Assembly (NCBI RefSeq): GCF_000175255.2
Contig: NC_017262.1
Location: forward strand, 1,080,001 to 1,112,000
Direction: 5' to 3'
From: Zymomonas mobilis subsp. mobilis ATCC 10988
GTDB taxonomy: Bacteria > Pseudomonadota > Alphaproteobacteria > Sphingomonadales > Sphingomonadaceae
DNA: 32,000 nt
How positions within the stretch are numbered: the first letter of the stretch is position 1; every line of letters starts with the position of its first letter. The notes beneath the pieces are model-generated. The model did no database searches and was not told the DNA's origin. It saw only the letters and a program-made list of their open reading frames with translations. Made by a program: the position numbers and the translations under genes. Positions 17,717 through 24,873 of this stretch are shown piece by piece.

Positions 17717-17961
17717 TGCTGCGCTTACCGATCGCCGCTACTTCTGTCGCGGATTGGATGCGGCGGGCGGCAATGGCCGTCAACAATTTGATGACGAATG
17801 TTGAACAGCAATCCAGTCAGATGGAGAGCCGTTATCATTGTCCGATACCCGCCAGTGATAACGCGCCGGATAATCCTGAAAAAGGACAGTGGTTTTTCAA
17901 TAAAACCAGCCAAAAAGCGATGATGTGGGATGGCACCCAATGGCAAAATCTGTGGGAATAA
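17713..17961 (+). CDS. Small phage protein
   Basis: An ATGA overlap with the upstream stop gives an 82 aa product. The C-terminal GQWFFNKTSQKAMMWDGTQWQNLW resembles the 'WxDGxxW' motif seen at phage fibre termini. Confidence 0.45.
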   Translation: MMLRLPIAATSVADWMRRAAMAVNNLMTNVEQQSSQMESRYHCPIPASDNAPDNPEKGQWFFNKTSQKAMMWDGTQWQNLWE

Positions 17962-18008
17962 AGAACGCAGATTATCGGTTGGCTGTTTTGAAAACGGATA
18001 AGCGAAAA

Positions 18009-18443
18009 ATGGAAATTGGTATGATTGCCCGTCCTTTGGAATGGGCAGGATGGTCTGCTGCCCGTGATTTTTTAGAACCGGCTTTGCAGCGTTCAGATGA
18101 AAGTTGGGCGGATATTTTGCCTGAACTGGAAGATGGCCAATTACAATTATGGGCGGTTCTACAGCCGGATTCAGCCCTAAAAAAACGCGATATTCTCTAT
18201 GCCGCCGCCGTGACCCGTATTGTTGCCAGTCGTGAAGGTGAAATTGCCGAAATCTATCTGGTGGGTGGTCGTGATTTCGAATTCTGGCTGTCTGATTTAT
18301 CCGAAACCATCGCCCGTTCAGCCCAAGAAATCGGCTGTATCGCGGTCAGAGCCTATGGCCGGACAGGATGGCGGCGGCCTTTGGCAAAATTAGGGTGGCG
18401 GGAAAAAACGGTAGCCTATGAAAAAGCGTTAAAGGAAAAGTGA
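18009..18443 (+). CDS. Hypothetical phage protein
   Basis: This is the 3' part of track ORF 17925..18443. Plausible starts are ATG 18009 or 18021, after the upstream gene ends at 17961. No function was recognised. Confidence 0.4.
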   Translation: MEIGMIARPLEWAGWSAARDFLEPALQRSDESWADILPELEDGQLQLWAVLQPDSALKKRDILYAAAVTRIVASREGEIAEIYLVGGRDFEFWLSDLSETIARSAQEIGCIAVRAYGRTGWRRPLAKLGWREKTVAYEKALKEK

Positions 18444-19115
18444 ATGAGCAAGAAAAGCAAGGCGACAACGGCACCGAGCCGGTTTGCCCGTCCTTATATC
18501 ACGAATAGTGCCAATGCTATCCAGCAAGCCTATAGCGATAATCAGGATAATGTAAGCAATATCAATAGTTTATTGCAGAATAACATCGGAAATGTTGCCA
18601 GTAAAACCCTGAATAACAGTGATATGGATCAGGCTGATACCTATAACCAGTCTGTCTTATCGGGAAAATATCTTTCCCCGTCATCCAATCCCGCTTTGTC
18701 TGATATTATCAAGAATACCAATCAGGATGTTTCGGATAGCGTCAATGGCGCGATTGGGACAAGAGGTCTGACGGGAGGTTCTGCCCAAGCGCAGTTATTA
18801 GCGAAAGAGTTGGGTCAGACAGACAGCAACCTTCTTTATAATAATTACAATACCGAGCGAGGCTATCAACAGCAGGCCTCTGAAAATGCTGCCAATTTGG
18901 GCGATGCGCGGAATAGTAGCATCAATACCCTTGGTAACTATCTGACAACGACAGCAGCTTTGCCGCAATCCTCCTTTTCGGTGCTGGCAAGCAATATGGC
19001 TTCGTTATTGGGCAATTATAACACCACAACCCAAAATCAGGGCATCGGGTCAACCTTGGCCAGTTTAGCTGGGGCGGGATTGTCAGGCTGGGCTTCCAGC
19101 GGTTTTAAAGTTTAG
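18444..19115 (+). CDS. N/S/Q-rich virion protein, candidate internal or ejection protein
   Basis: The 223 aa ORF starts immediately after the upstream stop (TGAATG). It has a low-complexity polar composition and a C-terminal Gly/Ala/Ser hydrophobic tail (GIGSTLASLAGAGLSGWASSGF). Confidence 0.45.
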   Translation: MSKKSKATTAPSRFARPYITNSANAIQQAYSDNQDNVSNINSLLQNNIGNVASKTLNNSDMDQADTYNQSVLSGKYLSPSSNPALSDIIKNTNQDVSDSVNGAIGTRGLTGGSAQAQLLAKELGQTDSNLLYNNYNTERGYQQQASENAANLGDARNSSINTLGNYLTTTAALPQSSFSVLASNMASLLGNYNTTTQNQGIGSTLASLAGAGLSGWASSGFKV

Positions 19116-19127
19116 GAGTCTTTTCAA

Positions 19128-19802
19128 ATGGCGATATCTTTCGGAAATAAAATCAATCAAAATGATGTATTAAATCAGGATGGTTCCGCTCTTAAAAAGG
19201 CGATTAATAGCTTTAGTGATAGCCCTGTTTTTGCATCAGAGCCGATCGAGCAAAAACCAATCAACGATATGGAACCGTCTATTACCTCTCCATCGCCTAT
19301 CAATGGTTATGGGAGTGGAGGCGAAGAAACGCCGATGCCGGAGACGGCTTCTACTACACCGCAAGCGGAGCAACACCCGTCGCCTCATTTTTTCTCGGCG
19401 GGTGGAATAGGCAAGCGGATTGCTGGTGTAATCGGTGACGCCTTATTATTGGCCAATGGCCGCTATCCGCTCTATTTACCTGCGGTAATGGAGCATAATC
19501 GTCGTATCGACCAACAAAATGCCCAGCAACAGCAACGAGATTTTAGCAATAATCTCGCTACTTCGAAATTAAATCAGCAGCAGGCAAATATGGCCGATAA
19601 AGCGGCTAAGCCACAATATCATTTCGGAGCTGATGGGCGGGTTCTGTCTCTCAACCCTATGACAGGAGAGGCGACCCAGATACGCGATCCTGATATGCCG
19701 CTGCCTAGCGAGCATGAACGGATGATTAGTCATATCGTCAATCTTCCGGCGAATGATCCGGAAAGGAAAGCCATTGAACGATTGCTTTTTAAGAATAAAT
19801 AA
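19128..19802 (+). CDS. Q-rich hypothetical virion protein
   Basis: The 224 aa ORF is preceded by AGGAG 6 nt upstream of the ATG. It has Pro/Ser-rich and poly-Q segments (QQNAQQQQRDF, NQQQANM). Confidence 0.45.
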   Translation: MAISFGNKINQNDVLNQDGSALKKAINSFSDSPVFASEPIEQKPINDMEPSITSPSPINGYGSGGEETPMPETASTTPQAEQHPSPHFFSAGGIGKRIAGVIGDALLLANGRYPLYLPAVMEHNRRIDQQNAQQQQRDFSNNLATSKLNQQQANMADKAAKPQYHFGADGRVLSLNPMTGEATQIRDPDMPLPSEHERMISHIVNLPANDPERKAIERLLFKNK

Positions 19803-19981
19803 CATCCATTTTGGATATTATTTTTAAATTAATCCTTAAAATGTTGGATTTATTATAAGAATATCACAATAGATACTTTGGGTATCGGGATTTTTTGTAA
19901 GTAAAATCCAATGTAATCGAAATGTAATCATTAAAATATTTATTTATTTTATGCTCTTATAAGGAGGGGTAGGGCTGCGCT
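19803..19981 (+). promoter_or_regulatory. AT-rich intergenic gap inside the phage cluster with tandem 11 bp direct repeats. It is a putative internal promoter or operator for the tail-fibre module
   Basis: This is the largest non-coding gap in the cluster (179 bp). It contains AATGTAATCGA/AATGTAATCAT in tandem (19910-19931), repeated TTGGAT(A/T)TTATT motifs (19811, 19845), and a strong SD (AAGGAGG) before ATG 19982. Confidence 0.45.
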
Positions 19982-20350
19982 ATGTCTTTTTCGGACTGGT
20001 CGCAAAATGCAGATAGTAACAGCAATATTGGCGGGATCAGTATTGCTGAAGGCTGTCCACCGGGCAATCTTAACAATGCCTTGCGCGAGATAATGGCTGA
20101 AATGCGGTCTGCTATCAATCAGGCTATGGATACGGCCTTGAGCTCGGCTGATATGGCGAGTTTTCGTCAGGCTATTGGGGCTTTGGCGAATAGTGGTGAC
20201 ACTATTGACGGCGTTTTGCGCCGTAAAGGTCAGGGAGTTTTCCCTTATTTTGCCGATGGTTCTTTTTCCGGTGGCCGGATTTATGTGACCAATAGTCAAG
20301 CGGCTGACCCGACAAGTCAGCCGGGGGATATCTGGTTGGTCTATGTATGA
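19982..20350 (+). CDS. Tail fibre-associated protein (conserved alphaproteobacterial phage fibre N-terminal motif)
   Basis: The 122 aa ORF begins MSFSDWSQNADSNSNIGGISIAEGCPPGNLNNALREIMAEMRSA. This matches the 'WS..A..N....GI.I.EG..P..(V/L)NN..R..MA' N-terminus I recall from alphaproteobacterial phage and prophage fibre proteins. Confidence 0.55.
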   Translation: MSFSDWSQNADSNSNIGGISIAEGCPPGNLNNALREIMAEMRSAINQAMDTALSSADMASFRQAIGALANSGDTIDGVLRRKGQGVFPYFADGSFSGGRIYVTNSQAADPTSQPGDIWLVYV

Positions 20351-20793
20351 CTATCAGCCTTAAAGATCAGGATAATTTTTCCCGCGAGATAAGAGCTGTT
20401 TCAATCAGGGGAGCCGATGGCGTGCTTCATTCTGTCGGATCTATTCGTATCCGTGGGCAGGATGAAAGCTTGCATGAGGTCTTTTGCCACAAGCTGGATG
20501 TCTCGGTTTCTGACGCTTTGATAGAAAGCTATTCCCGTCATAATCCTGTGATTTCTTCTGCGGTGACGGTTCAGGTTTCGGGCGGTGTTCCGCCTTATCA
20601 ACATCGCTGGTCTTTGGTGAGTAGCGATAGAGCCGATAGCGTGATGGCTCTTTCTCCTTTTTCGGCAACAACGACTTTTCGAGCCGATGGCGTGCCTCAT
20701 CACCATGCCGCATCAGCCTATTTGCGTGACGATGTTACCGATCAGAATGGCTTTGCCGGTTCGGTTGAAGTCCATTGTATTTTTACGAGGTAA
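20347..20793 (+). CDS. Hypothetical phage tail protein
   Basis: The 148 aa ORF has an ATGA overlap with the upstream gene. Confidence 0.45.
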   Translation: MTISLKDQDNFSREIRAVSIRGADGVLHSVGSIRIRGQDESLHEVFCHKLDVSVSDALIESYSRHNPVISSAVTVQVSGGVPPYQHRWSLVSSDRADSVMALSPFSATTTFRADGVPHHHAASAYLRDDVTDQNGFAGSVEVHCIFTR

Positions 20794-20797
20794 TTTC

Positions 20798-21199
20798 ATG
20801 CGTAAATATTTTGACAGCGTGGCGAGCGCGCTTGACGGGAAGCCGGTCATGGGTGCCTTGATTTTCGTCTATAAAACAGACGGTAGTCTGGCTTCCCTTT
20901 TTTCTGATGATGGAACGACCGCTATTTCCCAGCCTTTGCGGACGGATAGTCTCGGATATTTCGAATTTTATGTTGCGGATGGTCTTTATGATTTGACCAT
21001 TTCCTATGGCGGCAAAATTCGGACGCGTCTTTCTGGCGTTCAAATTTATGATGAATCCCATCTGCAAGGGGGCGGGGCAGCCTTGCCCGACGGCACCCGT
21101 ATTGCCGAATTGCCGGTCGCAGCCATGAACAAGGCTTTGGGTGCGGCCGGAAACTTAGCCCAATTTATCAAAAATTATTCTAATAATTCTATGGAGTGA
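20798..21199 (+). CDS. Hypothetical phage tail protein (small beta-sandwich-like)
   Basis: The ATG at 20798 is preceded by GAGG 7 nt upstream. The track ORF start at 20687 would overlap the previous gene. The product is 133 aa and includes GALIFVYKTDGSLASLFSDDG...GYFEFYVADGLYDL. Confidence 0.5.
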   Translation: MRKYFDSVASALDGKPVMGALIFVYKTDGSLASLFSDDGTTAISQPLRTDSLGYFEFYVADGLYDLTISYGGKIRTRLSGVQIYDESHLQGGGAALPDGTRIAELPVAAMNKALGAAGNLAQFIKNYSNNSME

Positions 21200-21203
21200 T
21201 GCC

Positions 21204-22205
21204 ATGTCTACTTTAACGATTTCGGAAATGACCGATGCAGGATCGGTTACCGAAGATGATTTGATTGAAATTTCCCGTCCGGTTGCCAATGGTTATGCAA
21301 CCTATAAAGCCAAAATCGGCTATATTAAAAATCTGACGACCAATTATGATTCCGTCATTGCCGCTTTGGGGCATGAACCGGTGAGCGTTGATTTAAGCAA
21401 TTTTAACGCCGCAACCTTCCAGCAGAAAGTAGCGATTTCTTACGGCCAGATTACCAAAGGCCTCGGCTATGAGCCGATGAATGTCGATTTCAGTAATTTC
21501 AACGGATCCACTTTCCAGCAGAAAGTGACGCTGTCCTATGGCCAGATTACCGGTGGTCTGGGATATGAACCGGCCAATAAAGACTTGTCTAATATTGATG
21601 GCATGGGTCTGGTCTCAAAAATCAATGCTGTCCGAGGTGCTGCACCGGTTTTGACGACCGGGGGTGAACTGACTGGTAATCTCAATCCGGCTTCAGATGG
21701 TGTGATTACCTTGGGACAGCCTAACCGTAAATGGGCTGAAATCTATGCTTCGAATGGGGCAATTAACACCTCGGATGCCCGTCAGAAGATGGATATTGCT
21801 TCTGTCCCTGATGAGGTTCTGGATGTCTGGGGCAATCTGTCATGGCGGCAGTTTAAATTCAGAAAAGCGGTTGAGACCAAAGGCTTTGATAAGGCGCGCT
21901 GGCATTTCGGTCTGATCGCTCAAGAAGTCGAAGATGCCTATAAAAATGCGGGCTTGGATGCCGAAAGTCTGGGCATGATTTGTCATGACCATTGGGAAGC
22001 CCATACTCGCCGTGAAAAAACCGGTAATATGGGTAAAAATGGCAAGCCGGTCTATCGCGATGTCTTGGTGCCAGCCGGTGAAGCCTATGGTTTGCGCTAT
22101 AGCGAATGTCAGGCGATCGAAGCCGCATGGCAGCGGCGTGAAATTATTCGGCAGCAGGCTGAAATTGACGCTTTGAAAGCGCAGCTCACCCAAGCACAGG
22201 CTTAA
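21204..22205 (+). CDS. Tail fibre protein with a C-terminal intramolecular chaperone (peptidase S74) domain
   Basis: The 333 aa ORF contains LGQPNRKWAEIYASNGAINTSDARQKMDI...WRQFKF...RWHFGLIAQEV, the S74 auto-cleaving chaperone signature (SDxRxK, Ser at 21771-73). It also has an internal 32 aa tandem repeat and a C-terminal coiled coil. Confidence 0.8.
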   Translation: MSTLTISEMTDAGSVTEDDLIEISRPVANGYATYKAKIGYIKNLTTNYDSVIAALGHEPVSVDLSNFNAATFQQKVAISYGQITKGLGYEPMNVDFSNFNGSTFQQKVTLSYGQITGGLGYEPANKDLSNIDGMGLVSKINAVRGAAPVLTTGGELTGNLNPASDGVITLGQPNRKWAEIYASNGAINTSDARQKMDIASVPDEVLDVWGNLSWRQFKFRKAVETKGFDKARWHFGLIAQEVEDAYKNAGLDAESLGMICHDHWEAHTRREKTGNMGKNGKPVYRDVLVPAGEAYGLRYSECQAIEAAWQRREIIRQQAEIDALKAQLTQAQA

Positions 22206-22209
22206 GATA

Positions 22210-24864
22210 ATGACAGCTTCTCCGGCACCTTTTATTCCTGACCATCCTGATATCTATCTGCTTTCCGGCGATGGGCTGGTTCGCAATAACATGCATGTCG
22301 AAGACGGGCGGGCAGGCTATCTGCCTAATGATACTTCGACCAGTGAAAGTCAGGCTTTGTTAGCGCGTGGATATGCCCGTTATTATCTCGCTTCTGGGGA
22401 TGTAAAAGCCCTCAATAATGCCCGAAAATTGGCGGACGCCGCATTGAGTTACTTCTTTGCCGGAAAAACGCCACCTGCAAGCGGGTTATGGTATCATCAT
22501 TGGGTGGTGAATGCAGGGCAGGGCTTTAACGTCAAAGGCCCCTCTAATCCCAATGGTCATGCCTATGACGGGAATGTCGGAGAAACTGTTACCTTTAAGG
22601 ACGGGAAGGCTCAACTTCCCGCCAGTCTTGCCAATGTTTATAATGTTTTTCAGGGAGAACTAAGCTGGCAAAATGTCTATGCCGATCTATCCAAAGGGCA
22701 GTTTTTTGACATAGATTATTTTGTTGATCGTGATGGCTATATTTTCCGCTGGCAAAGCGGATATGCGGCGGATGTTGTTTTTACATCGGAGGCACAGCCT
22801 CAGACCGCTATTCCGGCGGGCTGTTTGCAGATGAAAAATACTGCCTTGAATGGTCAATATCAGGTTAGTTATTCGCTCTATCAAGAAGACACTATTCCCT
22901 ATGCCAGCCAATTTGAAGGCTGGCCGATGTGGCGGCATTTGATGCCGGATGAACAGGTTATGGCAGGCGATGCCATTCATTGGTTTATTGATCTGTTTTA
23001 TCTGATGCAGGCGATTGATACAGACAATAGCGCCAAATGGGAAAGCTCTTATCAGGCGATGCTGGCTTTATGGCAAGAGGCCTGTGTTTTGACTTCATCA
23101 GAGACCTGTTTTTTCAAGCGTTCTACTATCGGCACCTATGATAGTTGGCCTTTGACCTATTTTTACGCCTATGCTGACGGGAATATTTCTTATACTCCGC
23201 CAACCGATTATTGCCGCTATGGTCGGGATAAAACGAGCGGGGTCGCTTATTTCGATCTACCTGAACACAGCCATCGCTTGGGATGGGTGTTTCAAAATGA
23301 CGCTTTGAATTTAGGTATTACGCCTGATTTGAATGTAGCGGTTGAAGCGGCGGCCTCTCGATCGACCAATTTGGCCGTTATTTTGTCGGACGATCAGAAA
23401 CGGCAATATAAATATAATTTTTGTCCTGATACGACTGTTCAAAGCTATAGCCTGCCACTGCAACAATTTATGGATTATACCGATGTTGCCGAATGGGTGC
23501 CGGGGAATACTGATTTTGTTTATGGCACGGCAACTGCCACCACTGAACGCCTGACAACGGCAGAGGGGCGGGCAGTGATGGCGCGTCATTATGTTTTGTC
23601 TGATAGTTCTGCGGGTGTCGGCTTTGCTACGGCTGCCTCCAATCAAACATGGAGTGGGGCAGAGGCTTTGGCCTTGTCCTATATAACAGACAGCAGTCAT
23701 ATTATATTGGTTGTAGTCGATAATTCAGGATGGCATTGGCAGGTGACTTTGCCAGCGAATGCCGATGCAACTTTACAGAGTTTTCCTTGGGCGAATTTTG
23801 TTCTTGCTGGATATCAGACTAATAAAGCCCCATTTCCCGATAAGCCAGATAGCACGGCACCGATAAAAACGGTTCAATTCCAGATAGCCAGTGATGTAAA
23901 AACACCGCAAACGCTTTATCTGGTAGCCGCTTATAATAAAATGCCGGCTAAAATAGCGGATCAGGCGAAAATTATTTCCGCGCGTGTTTTTTCTAGCTGT
24001 GCGGATGCCGTGACTATTCAAATCGGCAATGCCTCGATTGAAAAGGCGACGACGATAAGACAACCCTATTCCCCCGGGTTGCTGCCTTTCCAGCATGCGA
24101 CCATCGGATCGGGACGCTCTCCTTCTGGGGGTGGTGGTCTATGGCAAGGCCCCGCCTATATCGGTTATCAGAATCCGGTGCCTTGGATGCTATTAAATCG
24201 GCATGATGAAGCCTGTAACATGCTGCAATTGATGCAGGATTCTCAAAAACATTATACGGCACAAAATCAGGCTGCCTTAACGGGGCCTTTTACGCCTTGC
24301 TATATTTTTGCCCAATGGGATGCCGAACAATATGGCGCGCCTTATAATTTTATCTTTGGAGGCCCCGATCCCAACTGGGGCTGGGGTGGATTCCAATATC
24401 GGGCTTTTCATAACGTCGCCGATTATTGGGCTAGAATGACTTCGGCTTCTGTCATCGCAAAAGCCGACGGAAATTCGGCTCAAAAAGCAACGGCTTTAGC
24501 AAAAGACATTGCCAGTTCTTTTATGGATTGGTTAGTCGATTGGCTGGATAGTAATCCAGAGGCACGATCCTTGCCTGCGCTATTTCTTTCCAGTCAGGCA
24601 CCTGAAATAAAGGGAGATAATCCCGATCAGACAGCACTGGCTTTGAAAGGCGCTTTATGGTGCGGGCAGGCCGGTTATGACAAAACCAAGGCGGAAAAAA
24701 CTGTCGAGCGTCTTTATGCCATGCTGCAAAACTTTCAGATATCTGACGGCGATATGGCAGGAAGCTATTCACCGCAGCCGGAAGAGCATCGCTTTTATGG
24801 TTTCTGGGCGGGAGAAATTTTGGATGCTTTAAGTGTGTACGCGCTTGCCCGTGCATCTTTTTAA
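22210..24864 (+). CDS. Large hypothetical protein (884 aa) coupled to the tail-fibre genes, candidate tail-associated glycan-binding or depolymerase protein
   Basis: It starts 4 nt after the tail-fibre stop on the same strand. No signal peptide or TM segment is evident. It is aromatic/Trp-rich, and its C-terminal third is helical-repeat-like (..YRAFHNVADYWARM.., ..ALKGALWCGQAGY.., ..FYGFWAGEILDALSVYALA). Confidence 0.5.
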   Translation: MTASPAPFIPDHPDIYLLSGDGLVRNNMHVEDGRAGYLPNDTSTSESQALLARGYARYYLASGDVKALNNARKLADAALSYFFAGKTPPASGLWYHHWVVNAGQGFNVKGPSNPNGHAYDGNVGETVTFKDGKAQLPASLANVYNVFQGELSWQNVYADLSKGQFFDIDYFVDRDGYIFRWQSGYAADVVFTSEAQPQTAIPAGCLQMKNTALNGQYQVSYSLYQEDTIPYASQFEGWPMWRHLMPDEQVMAGDAIHWFIDLFYLMQAIDTDNSAKWESSYQAMLALWQEACVLTSSETCFFKRSTIGTYDSWPLTYFYAYADGNISYTPPTDYCRYGRDKTSGVAYFDLPEHSHRLGWVFQNDALNLGITPDLNVAVEAAASRSTNLAVILSDDQKRQYKYNFCPDTTVQSYSLPLQQFMDYTDVAEWVPGNTDFVYGTATATTERLTTAEGRAVMARHYVLSDSSAGVGFATAASNQTWSGAEALALSYITDSSHIILVVVDNSGWHWQVTLPANADATLQSFPWANFVLAGYQTNKAPFPDKPDSTAPIKTVQFQIASDVKTPQTLYLVAAYNKMPAKIADQAKIISARVFSSCADAVTIQIGNASIEKATTIRQPYSPGLLPFQHATIGSGRSPSGGGGLWQGPAYIGYQNPVPWMLLNRHDEACNMLQLMQDSQKHYTAQNQAALTGPFTPCYIFAQWDAEQYGAPYNFIFGGPDPNWGWGGFQYRAFHNVADYWARMTSASVIAKADGNSAQKATALAKDIASSFMDWLVDWLDSNPEARSLPALFLSSQAPEIKGDNPDQTALALKGALWCGQAGYDKTKAEKTVERLYAMLQNFQISDGDMAGSYSPQPEEHRFYGFWAGEILDALSVYALARASF

Positions 24865-24873
24865 GAAAAGGCT

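Larger units (their letters stand above)
8475..24864 (+). mobile_element. Prophage-derived structural gene cluster (podovirus-like head and tail module only). It is either a defective prophage or a domesticated GTA-like locus
   Basis: About 20 co-oriented, overlapping or coupled ORFs run terS-terL-portal-scaffold-capsid-tail-fibres. No integrase, repressor, replication or lysis genes were recognised. Housekeeping genes flank the cluster directly. Confidence 0.75.
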
